Part shown: positions 1-10,987 of the stretch, piece by piece
Numbering within the stretch: position 1 is the stretch's first letter
Layout of the letters: each line of letters opens with the position of its first letter
Assembly (NCBI GenBank): GCA_950097015.1
Contig: CATNEN010000024.1
Coordinates: 4,960,001-5,024,000, forward strand
Direction: 5' to 3'
DNA length: 64,000 bases
From: Macrostomum hystrix
Taxonomy: Eukaryota; Animalia; Platyhelminthes
The notes under the pieces: model-generated
What the model was told of the DNA's origin: nothing
Database searches by the model: none
The model's input: only the letters and a program-made list of their open reading frames with translations
Made by a program: the position numbers and the translations under genes

Positions 1-3000
1 GACTATCACTTCATGTGGGATCCGAAGGATTTCGGTGGCATCACAAAGATCAACATCGATCCGAAACGTGTTTGGCGACCCGATATCCTACTGTATAACA
101 GGTGCGATCACTTTTTTCGGAGTAGGAATTCTGAATTATTGGGAGTATGAGCGATCCCTTATAACATACCTCTAGATTGCACTGAGGAATTTCTGAGCAG
201 TTTTTGGATGCGTTAATAGAATTCGGGATTTTAGTGAACCGGATCGCTAGATCATTGGGATTCGTAGGTAAGGGAATTGGATTTGTAGATAAGTGAATGG
301 GATTTGTAGATAAGTGAATGGGATTCGTAGATAAGTGAATGGGATTTGTAGATAAGTGAACGGGATTTGTAGATAAGTGAATGGGATTTGTAGATAAGTG
401 AATGGGATTCGTAGATAAGTGAATGGGATTCGTAGATTAGTGAATGGGATTCGTAGATAAGTGAACGGGATTTGTAGATAAATGAATGGGATTTGTAGAT
501 AAGTGAAGGGGATTTGTAGATAAGTGAACGGGATTTGTAGATAAGTGAATGGGATTTGTAGATAAGTGAACGGGATTTGTAGATAAGTGAATGGGATTCG
601 TAGATAAGTGATTGGGGTTTTAGATAAGTGAATGGGATTCGTAGATAAGTGAACGGGATTTGTAGATAAATGAATGGGATTTGTAGATAAGTTTATGGGA
701 TTTGTAGATAAGTGAATGGGATTTGTAGACAAGCGAATTGGATTTGTAGATAAGTTAATGGGATTTGTAAATAAGTGAATATTATTGTTGAATAAATTAA
801 GAATTCGAACCAATAAAATTTAGGAATTAAATTTTTTATGAACCAAAACAGCGCTGATGAGAAGTTCGATGGCACCTACCCCACAAATGTGGTGATCGAG
901 TACACAGGCAACGTGAACTTCATCCCGCCTGGCATGTTCCGCTCAACCTGCAAGATCGACACAACCTGGTTTCCGTTCGACACCCAGGTTTGCAAGCTGA
1001 AGTTCGGCTCCTGGTCGTACGATGGTGGCACGCTGGACCTCAGGCTGAAATGCTCAGACCAGGCTTTAAATACGACTGAAATGCGACTCAGCGATCCTAA
1101 AAACTGCTCAGAGATTGGCGAGGCTGATTTGGAGACCTATGTGTCTAGCGGCGAGTGGTACCTGGAAAGTGAGTTGTCGAGAAAAAAAATACGAAGTTGT
1201 GTACTCAAAGTAGCCGGATTTGAGTAAAACTATAATATGTTTCAGAAATATGGAACTTCAATGTAAAAGCCCCAATACCAGGATTCTGATCCCAGGATTC
1301 TGATCCCAGGATTCTGATCCCAGGATTCTGATCCCAGGATTCTGATCCCAGGATTCTGATCCCAGGATTCTGATCCCAGGATTCTGATCCCAGGATTCTG
1401 ATCCCAGGATTCTGATCCCAGGATTCTGATCCCAGGATTCTGATCCCAGGATTCTGATCCCAGGATTCTGATCCCAGGATTCTGATCCCAGGATTCTGAT
1501 CCCAGGATTCTGATCCCAGGATTCTGATCCCAGGATTCTGATCCCAGGATTCTGATCCCAGGATTCTGATCCCAGGATTCTGATCCCAGGATTCTGATCC
1601 CAGGATTCTGATCCCAGGATTCTGATCCCAGGATTCTGATCCCAGGATTCTGATCCCAGGATTCTGATCCCAGGATTCCACTTTTTTAATACTCGTTATG
1701 ACCACAAGACGCAAGATATTTCCTCAACTCGATATTTTTAGCTTAGCATTACGGTTTATTCCATTAACAATACTCAACTAACAAGAACCTCACTAAAATA
1801 CTTTGATTCTACAAATATGAGTTTTAACTAGACGGCCTAGATATTATTTTTGTGCTGTCTAACCCAGCGTACTCGTTTGGTTGCTCTTTAACACACAAGA
1901 TGTAGCTTGTCCAATACCTAAGCTTTCTAACAACTGCAGTTTAACTCCTTGGCGCTGTATTGCTGTTTTATAGATACAGAATTCGAAATGTTTTTGAATT
2001 TTAAGAAAATCATGAGAAAAATAGCTTTCACGAGCAAAAATGTCTGCAAATCATGGGTCCTATAAATTCCATTGTAAGTTTCATAGCTCCATAACAGAAA
2101 TCTCACAGCTATAGGAAATCCCATAGTTACATGAAACCCCATAGTTACAGGAAATCCCATAGTTACAGGAAATCCCATAGTTACAGGAAATCCCATAGTC
2201 ACAGGAAATCCCATAGTTACAGGAAATCCCATAGTCACAGGAAATCCCATAGTTACAGGAAATCCCATAGTTACAGGAAACCCCATAGTTACAGGAAATC
2301 CCATAGTTACAGGAAATCCCATAGTTACAGGAAACCCCATAGTTACAGGAAATCCCATAGTTACAGGAAATCCCATAGTCACAGGAAATCCCATAGTTAC
2401 AGGAAATCCCGTAGTCACAGGAAATCCCATAGTTACAGGAAACCCCATAGTTACAGGAAATCCCATAGTCACAGGAAATCCCATAGTTACAGGAAATCCC
2501 ATAGTTACAGGAAATCCCATAGTTACAGGAAATCCCATAGTTACAGGAAATCCCATAGTTACAGGAAATCCCGTAGTCACAGGAAATCCCATAGTTACAG
2601 GAAATCCCATAGTTACAGGAAATCCCATAGTTACAGGAAATCCCGTAGTCACAGTTCCAATTAAATTCTGTTGCAGGCGTGCCGGGCGTTCGCTACAGCG
2701 CCAAATACGACTGCTGCCCGCACCCCTTCATTGACCTGCAGTACAGCATTGGCATTCGCAGGCGCAGTCTATATTACCTGTTCAATCTAATTGGGCCGTG
2801 CATTTTCCTGGCCTGCCTAACCCTACTAAGCTTTATAATACCGCCAGACGCTGGCGAGAAAGTTAGCTTTGGTATGACCATCCGCGGCTACTGGCAATCC
2901 GTCGTCCAAATTTTGGGCAATAGATTAGTTTACTCCTGTCAAAGCTAATGGATGATCAAATTGGCCATTTTTGTTTAGCAATACATATAGGATGCTAGAC

Positions 3001-6000
3001 TAGGCGTTAGATTGAACACACATTGCTCAGAGTCGTCTTTTTTAATTCCAGTTTTTTAATTCTTGAATGGCTGTGACGCGGCAAAAAGGCGTCATAGTAT
3101 CGTTTTTCTATGCTAAATTTCCTCTTAACGCGCTAATGCTGCATGCTTCGCAACACAGCAGCTAACAATAGCATTTCAGATCCCAGTAAAGTAGTTTTTG
3201 TTGGATGTTAAATAGTTGGATGTTGTAAAATTCAATCGGAAATCACTATGGGATTCATTTTTAGGATTCCTGTTTTAGGATTTCTTCCGTGGTTTATTTT
3301 TAGTGATTTTCTTTCAGAATTCCCAAAAGATTTACTTCCAGGATTCCCTTCTTGAGATTTTCTCTTGGAATTCTTTTTTTAGGATTTCCTCCCGGGATTC
3401 CCTTTTTGAGATTTTCTATAGGGATTCTTTTTTAGGATTTCCTCCCGGGATTCCCTTTTAACGTTTCCTCTCAGGATTCCGTTTTGGGATTTCCTCTCAG
3501 GATTCCTATGTAGGATTTCCTCTCGGGATTCATGTGTAGGATTTCGTCTCGGTATTCCTATGTAGGATTTCCTCTCGGGATTCCTATGTAGGTTTTCCCC
3601 TCGGGATTCATATGTAGGATTGCCTCTCGGGATTCCCTTTTGAGATTTCCTCTCGGGATTCCCTTTTGAGATTTCCTCTCGGGATTCCCTTTTGAGATTT
3701 CCTCACGGGATTCCCTTGTGAGATTTCCTCTCGGGATTCCCTTTTGAGATTTCCTCTCGGGATTCCCTTTTGAGATTTCCTCTCGGGATTCCCTTTTGAG
3801 ATTTCCTCTCGGGATTCCCTTTTGAGATTTCCTCTCGGGATTCCCTTTTGAGATTTCCTCTCGGGATTCCCTTAGAACCTAGTCATCGAAGGAAGCAAGG
3901 TTGTTTTCCAATTTTACGCTGTCGCTCCTGTTTCTAATTAAATAGCCATCTAAAAGTCATCTAATGTCGTCGAAATATTTTTTCACGGCACACTTGGAGT
4001 ACTAAAAGTACTAAATTTAGTAGTTATTTTTACTCTTCTCAATGTGAGCATAGAATTTGTTTATCTATTGCCTTTCAATTATTGACTATTTTACTAACTA
4101 GTACTTGCATGTCAATTTTGTATGCCATCTAATAAAGAGAGTAAATGTGGCTGAGGAACAAAAGTACAAGCACTAGGGATTACATTGCTTCCTGAAATCT
4201 GCAGGCATGGACGGAAAGCGCACGGCAGCAGTGTACGACTGCTGCCCGTATCCGTTCATCGATCTGAGCTACTTTATCAAGATTCGCAGGCGCACACTGT
4301 ACTACGGCATCAACCTCATCATTCCCTGCGTGCTCATCTCATCAATGTCACTGCTCACGTTTGTGCTGCCGCCAGATGCAGGAGAAAAAATCTCCCTTGG
4401 TACGTGACGGTGACGTCATCGATAGAAATCGCTAAGAAATTTAAATGAGAAATTTATTTTTAAATTTAGATTGACTGAGTAGCATCACAACAGCATCGCA
4501 AAGAGACTGTCAGTGTGTGAGTGAGTAGAATCTCGAATAGACAGTCAGTGTGTGAGTGAGTTTGGGATTGGGACGAAGTTTGGGAGTTTTGGTTTGAGTT
4601 TGGGACAAAGCTAGACTTTAAGTGAGTGAGTAGCATCTCCCATAGACTGAGAGTGAGTGAGTAGCATCTCCCATAGACAAAGAGTGACTGAGTAGCATCT
4701 CCCATAGACAAAGAGTGAGTGGGTAGCATCTCCCATAGACTGAGAGTGAGTGAGTAGCATCTCCCATAGACATAGAGTGAGTGGGTAGCATCTCCCATAG
4801 ACATAGAGTGAGTGAGTAGCATCTCCCATAGACAAAGAGTGAGTGGGTAGCATCTCCCATAGACATAGAGTGAGTGAGTAGCATCTCCCATAGACATAGA
4901 GTGAGTGAGTAGCATCTCCCATAGACTGAGAGTGAGTGAGTAACATCTCCCATAGACAAAGAGTGAGTGGGTAGCATCTCCCATAGACAAAGAGTGAGTG
5001 AGTAGCATCTCCCATAGACAAAGAGTGAGTGGGTAGCATCTCCCATAGACATAGAGTGAGTGGGTAGCATCTCCCATAGACTGAGTGAGTGAGTAGCATC
5101 TCCCATAGACTGAGTGAGTGAGTAGCATCTCCCATAGACTGAGTGAGTGAGTAGCATCTACCATAGACTGAGTGAGTGAGTAGCTCCGTAACAAGCAGGC
5201 AGGTGAAATTGTAAATTAGTAACCGACCGCACGTGTGACAATCCAGGCGTGACAATCATGTTGTCACTGTCGATGTTTCAACTGCTGGTGGCAGACGCCA
5301 TGCCCCAGACCTCAGAGTCTGTGCCCCTGATCGGTAAGACATTGCGGCATTGCGGCTAAGCGATGGCATTAACAGCTTTGCGTCCCTTTGTTTTGAGATC
5401 GGTTTTGCGATGGTTTGGTTTTGGCTTTTTGTTCAGAAATTCTCTAACTAAGAATTGCACCGCCACTTATCGCAAGGACTAATCTTAACTAGCGGGGGGG
5501 ATTCAGTTTGAAATTTCATTGGCTGGGTAAATCTGGGCTCCCCCATAACATATTCATAACATATTCTAAAAATAGCAACAACGTAACAAGCTACGTTGAC
5601 TACCCGATTTCGCGGTGTTCAATAATTTAAGAAGTCCTTAACTAACCACTGCCTAACGAAAACAAGTTTTGCATAACGGATTTCTATTTTGTATTACTTT
5701 AACTTTGAATTAAATATTACTTAACTTAATCGGTTGGCTTGATAAGTTATTTTTCAACAGTTAACAAAGGCGCAGGTTTATATTTATGATTGACATGATG
5801 TACATGAAACGCATGCAAAATATGCTGGTTTAAGCCGGTCGCGGATGCCTTATTTTGCTTGCAATTGTTTTACTGCTTAAAGCACCACGCGGGGCTCCCG
5901 CCTCGTTAATTTCTGGTTTATTTCTTAACAAAGTTTTTAACATAATGAATATTTGCTAGGCAGCCTTGGTCATCCATTCTGGTATCAGGTTGATTTTGTT

Positions 6001-8628
6001 TGAAATCTAAAGCACTCCCAAACCCGAATTTCGCCTGTTTCGCTAACGCCAATGCCTCGCTAATGTCCTCATTATTTATCAGGGGTCACAATCCTGCTGT
6101 CACTAACAGTGTTTCTAATGATGGTCGCTGAGTCCATGCCGCCAACATCAGACGCTGTGCCACTAATAGGTGAGCTTCGCTGCTTCACCGCGTTCAAGGC
6201 AATCGACGATTCCGTGGCGATGCATCCATGAATTATAGTTAAAGAAAAATACGGACAAGTGAGAATCTACGAGCAGCACAGTGTACATTCAATTCGAGAA
6301 GGGTCCCTCGTAGCAAAATGTACTTGGTTTGGTTGTTAAAAGGTTAAAAGCTGTGTTATAAATAGCAACACTATGTACATGGCTTGGGATTGGAAGGGTT
6401 TAGAGCGGAGTTATAAATGGCAACACAATGTACATGGCTTGGGCTTAGAAGTGTTTAGAGCGGGGTTATAAATAGCAACACAATGTACATGGCTTGAGCT
6501 TAGAAGGGTTTAGAGCGGAGTTATAAATAGCAACACAATGTACATGGCTTGGGCGTGGAATGGTTGAGAGCTGGGTTATAAATAGCAACACAATGTACAT
6601 GGCTTGGGCGTGGAATGGCTGAGAGCTGGGTTATAAATAGCAACACAATGTACATGGTTTGGGTGTGGGTTTAGTGAGGAGATGGCAGTTGCTATTCAGA
6701 GGAGAAAAATAATCTCGTTGCTGATGTATGTTCGTGTGGAATTTAAGCGGTAGACAACGTGCGAATGCATCTCGCAAATTTCCAGCAAATAACTGAATTT
6801 GAAAATCTATAAATGATTAAATCAACAATACCAATAATCGACAAGGTAAGATCAACGACGCCAGGTAGCCCATCTACCCCCCTAAGCCTAACTCTAACCG
6901 CACGAAGTCAATCTTTCTATTTGCAATCTGGCATCATTGGACTGGCTACTAACTATCGAATGGCGAGCGCTGCTTAATTTGATATTAACAAATTTACAGT
7001 ATGCTGCTAAACTCAAGTTAATTATCTTCTCTGACTTTTATAGTTGCGATTTCAAGTGACGACTTTTATGATATTATCCACTTTAAAAAAGCAAAATAGA
7101 AAAACTAAGTGACAGGTATAAAAACTTCACAGCCTGAAATCTCAGCCTACAAAACATAAAATTACAGGCATGTACTTCTCCTGCACCATGGTCATGTGCA
7201 GCCTGTCCGTGGTCTTCACTGTCATCGTGCTCAACTATCATCATAGAGACGCGGAGTCACACCCCGTGCCTAACTGGGTACAGTACACAGCACATTGATT
7301 TAAACTTATAGATATATTCTTTGTTTAAATTTATACGCTAGAAGTAAAATGTGTGCCATCATTTCTGGTCTTGGGTAGAAATTTTGGTGCATGTAGCGGC
7401 CTGCCCAGTCCATGGACTGAACAACTTGGCTAGGTTTAATTTGTATTTGTATTCTATCTCTATTTTGTTTTACTGCTGCCAATCAGGTTTGAACACTTGC
7501 TAAATGACAACGTTTTTTTAAAAGGTTTAGGAGGCCTTCTCATTTAAAAACACAATACAGAGAGTGATAATTTTTTACATTTTCCACATTAAAATTGAGA
7601 TCGTTTTTTATAGGAAGCAGATCCAGAGCTCAACTTATGATATAACTTACCTAACATGCTGCTGCAACGAAATTTTACGAAGCTATATTCGGATACTTTT
7701 TCTTGGTTTTCCCCGCAAAAATTCTTCTAAAGTAAGTCATTATTCCCTTTAATAGGCCGAATATAAATAAGGTTACCAGAGAAATAAAAAGCAAAATTGT
7801 GAAACCGATGCTTTCACAAATAAAGCTTGACAGAAATAGATGAAGCTATAAAAAAGAGAACTATAATATCAAAACACGAGCCTTGGATCCTCTATAATCA
7901 AATAGAGTCACTAAATTTGTGCAAAATGTGAAAATGCAAATCTCAGTAAAACCAGCCTCCTGAACTTTTTCTAAGAAATGTAGTCCATCCTTCAACTCCT
8001 ACTGGTCCTTAGCATCAACATCCACTTTGCGTCTCTCCTTCAGGTGAAAAAGTTCATTTGCACCTACCTGGCTAACATCTTGTGCATGAAGAATCATCAC
8101 AGAGACGAAGAGAAGGAGCCTGTGTACCTGCGCCGTCGAAAGAACGCCTCCTTCCGCGCGTCTTCGTTTCGCGAGACGGCCAACGCCAACGTGGAACTGA
8201 AGGAGCGCTCATCGAAATCGTTGCTGGCCAACGTGCTCGACTTAGAAGACGACATCAGGACAGCCGTCGGAGTTGGCGGCGTCGGCGCCAGCAGCGGCGT
8301 CGGCGGTGGGGGCGGCGTATATTCGCCTCCGGCCTATCAGAATGTTATGGGCAGCAGCATGGACGGTGGCGGCGGCGCCATCGCTGGAGGAGTTGGCGGC
8401 GCCTGCGCCTCGAACTGCAGCACCCGAAACGATTTGGCTGCGGTCGTTCACGAGCTGCGCGTCATCACACAGAAGATCGCAGACGATACTGCGGATGGCG
8501 AGATCAGCAGCGAGTGGAAATTCGCCGCTCGAGTTGTAGACAGACTCTGCCTGATCATCTTCTCCTGTTTTACAGTCATTTCCACCTGCGCCATTCTGTT
8601 CTCCGCGCCGGACGTGTTTAAGGGCTGA
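1..8628 (+). CDS. Nicotinic acetylcholine receptor alpha subunit, alpha7-like (5'-partial, spliced, two alternative exon pairs)
   Basis: Exons read by hand with GT/AG ends and matching phases: <1..101 ([10 protein letters not shown], loop A), 852..1168 (Cys-loop [15 protein letters not shown], loop B GSWSYDG), 2677..2871 or 4205..4399 (vicinal CC loop C + M1), 5247..5333 or 6083..6169 (M2), 7168..7277 (M3), 8044..8628 (cytoplasmic loop, [15 protein letters not shown]4, TGA). Lengths 195/87/110 nt match recalled CHRNA7 exons 7/8/9. Confidence 0.95.
255..785. repeat. Intronic 21-nt minisatellite (GGGATTTGTAGATAAGTGAAT)n
   Basis: Visible tandem array; edges approximate. Confidence 0.93.
1278..1678. 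repeat. Intronic 14-nt minisatellite (CCAGGATTCTGATC)n
   Basis: About 28 near-perfect tandem copies. Confidence 0.97.
2113..2654. repeat. Intronic 18-nt minisatellite (AGGAAATCCCATAGTTAC)n
   Basis: About 30 copies, ending about 22 nt before the exon 7a acceptor. Confidence 0.97.
2677..2871 (+). CDS. nAChR alternative exon 7a (loop C + M1 + intracellular ring)
   Basis: 195 nt, ttgcag|GC...G|gtatga, phase 1/1; encodes [20 protein letters not shown]...[10 protein letters not shown]. Confidence 0.88.
3330..3872. repeat. Intronic 26-nt minisatellite (GGGATTCCCTTTTGAGATTTCCTCTC)n
   Basis: Degenerate at the 5' end, homogeneous from about 3629; lies between exons 7a and 7b. Confidence 0.92.
4205..4399 (+). 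CDS. nAChR alternative exon 7b (loop C + M1 + intracellular ring)
   Basis: 195 nt, ctgcag|GC...G|gtacgt, phase 1/1; encodes [20 protein letters not shown]...[10 protein letters not shown]; paralogous to 2677..2871. Confidence 0.9.
4618..5185. repeat. Intronic 26-30-nt minisatellite (GAGTGAGTGAGTAGCATCTCCCATAGACNNA)n
   Basis: Tandem array between exons 7b and 8a. Confidence 0.93.
5247..5333 (+). CDS. nAChR alternative exon 8a (pore helix M2 and M2-M3 loop)
   Basis: 87 nt, atccag|GC...G|gtaaga; [29 protein letters not shown]. Too short for the ORF track; read directly from sequence. Confidence 0.85.
6083..6169 (+). CDS. nAChR alternative exon 8b (pore helix M2 and M2-M3 loop)
   Basis: 87 nt, ttatcag|GG...G|gtgagc; [29 protein letters not shown], the canonical alpha7-like M2. 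Confidence 0.9.
6355..6665. repeat. Intronic 55-nt tandem repeat (ATAAATAGCAACACAATGTACATGGCTTGGG...)
   Basis: Five to six diverged copies at 55-nt spacing. Confidence 0.85.
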
Positions 8629-10987
8629 AAATATTCAAATACTTTTAAGCGACTTTTCTACCCCGAGAGCGCCTTCACTCACCCTCTGATTGAGTTGAAA
8701 ATCTATTGCTCGATTGTCCTAGCAATACTACTTGCCCTCCTTATACAGTAGGTACAGTAGGTACTTAAGCGCTTTTCAAACTGCTGTTCAAATAGGTATC
8801 TAATTGATCGAAGGTGATCAGTACGATGCTCTCTTTTGCGATTTTCTCATTCTTGCCCTAGAGCGAGTGTTGCGTTACAAAAATGTGCAAATTGAGCGAC
8901 TTATCGTAGATAAAAATTACTAATTTGTTGTACCTTTGTATAGCAGTTTACAAAATAAGATACACCAAATATAGATTATGCCGATTGCATCGAAAGTTAA
9001 CTACAGTCAATTAGCATACATATAGTTGAACGTTTCCTTTCAGCCAAATGTGAATTAAAAACGTTGGAAAAACCTTTAAATTGTGACTACTTGAATATTT
9101 AAACTAGGTAGTGCGAGCTAGTTTGTGCAGAGTTGCATGCAAACGAAATGCAAAATTAATTTACTAACAATTTCTATAATTCTTTATTGCGCCGCAAAAA
9201 TTTTCATCAATCAACAGAAAATTTGATGCTTTGTGTTCATTAAGATATTGTCAATTATAGAATACATCAGATACGAAGTTGGTGTGACTCTAAAAACGTG
9301 ATTATACAAGCTTTTTAACCTATATTAAAATTATAATTTGAGTAGTTTTTGTACCGATCAACTACTTACTTTCGTGTCGTTTACTGTTTTTCTTATTTTT
9401 CTATCACTTTTCCTGTCAACTAACTAAACTTTCGTTTTGGTTTTAAAGCTTACACACAAGAGCTTGTCTTAAATGTATCTTCTACTATGATTCATGCATC
9501 TGTTGTGTAAGAATAAAAATGGTTTCGTTTTGTACTACTGATTATAGTGTAGTCTGTTAGCGTATAACATGTAATTGAACAAATAATGTACTTTCACTAC
9601 TGATATAACTTATTGGGTAACGTATGTACTATATGCGGTGTGATTGTACGAGCAAATATCGTGTTTGCTGCCATTTTTAGCTGTACACTTAACGGACACT
9701 GATATTTCCAGCAGAATGAGCATTGCAGTTAAAATAAGAAGTGCACTTTGCTAGTTATAAAGCATGCAAAAAATGCAAGTTTGCTAAAATTATGATTTCT
9801 GTGCGCAATTTTTTTTCCGTATATAGCTTGATACGTATACGTTTTGTGTTCGCAGCACCGACTTAATAAATTCAAAATTTGCTGAATTATTTCAAGCCTA
9901 TAAACCCGTATTACGTCGAAATTCCGTCCTTCGAATTATATTACTACGCAGTATCAAAAGTGCAAGTTACAGTTATGTAATAATCAAAACATATTGCGTA
10001 AGGTAATTAAAAAACCGCTAGTTTGGTTTAATGGAAACCCGATGCTTTGTTATATGCTAGCTACGTGCACACAAAAGTGGTCCTTCTATACTCATCATGC
10101 AAAGTACATGTGGTAGCCGTAGGCACATTATATACAGAAATGGAAGAATAAAAATGTTCAAGAAAGGTAGACTTACTAGAAAACTATATATTTTTTAATT
10201 CGTTCATATAAAATATAATTACCCAGCTACCGCATTGCAACAATTTATAAAGGGCTGCAAAAGTGCAGATCAATTAAAATTAAATAGATTATAGTTAATG
10301 TAAAGACCATGAGGTTTACTTGCCAAATTCATACTATGTGATTGTATAACGGAAGGTCGTTTTAAATATATACAATAATCATTATTAATTTAAGCCTGCA
10401 CATATAAGAATGCATGCACATTCACAGCCAGGCCGGGGCGTAGCCAAGGGAGCTCATGGGGGGTCATGACCCCCCTGCAGCCGGCTGATCCAGGCCTAAT
10501 TTTATATGAGGCCTAGCACCCCATGCCCCCGATTGCCGCTGTGAGCCTGTGACTGTGACCCCACCCCGTGAGGAAATCCTTGCTACGCCACTTTTCACAG
10601 CAACGAACACTAGAAGACTAGACCACTACTTCTAATTCCCTGGTCCTAATTCCCTAGTTTAAACGAAATTTTGAGGTAAAACAAAAAGTTTCAAGTGCCT
10701 TTTCTGAACTACTGCTTTTTTGTATTAAAGTGGCTATAGTTAAAACTTAAAGTAAAAAATGATACTTTTTAGGCCTTTAATCTAATTTTAGTAATATATA
10801 TTTCTAGGAAAATTGCACAACTTTTGTGATCCATTAAGTACAGAATACGTTATTGTCCGCTACACTTGATCACTTCGCTACACTTAAGCAAGGTCAATTT
10901 TTTATTTTGCAACGTAGAGTACTACGTGGTTACAAAAAATAAATTGGTTGACAGTCATTGATTTTTTCATTTTGGAACGCCTGGATA

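Noticed and set aside
2677-6169. Two tandem nAChR genes instead of alternative exons
   Set aside because: The order is 7a-7b-8a-8b with single upstream and downstream exons; a gene duplication would give 7-8...7-8 and duplicate M3/M4.
10421-10601. Small GC-rich element with GGCGTAGCCAAGG...CCTTGCTACGCC inverted ends and flanking TTCACAGC direct repeats
   Set aside because: Possibly a MITE, but the inverted repeats do not abut the putative 8-bp duplications, so boundaries and class cannot be supported.
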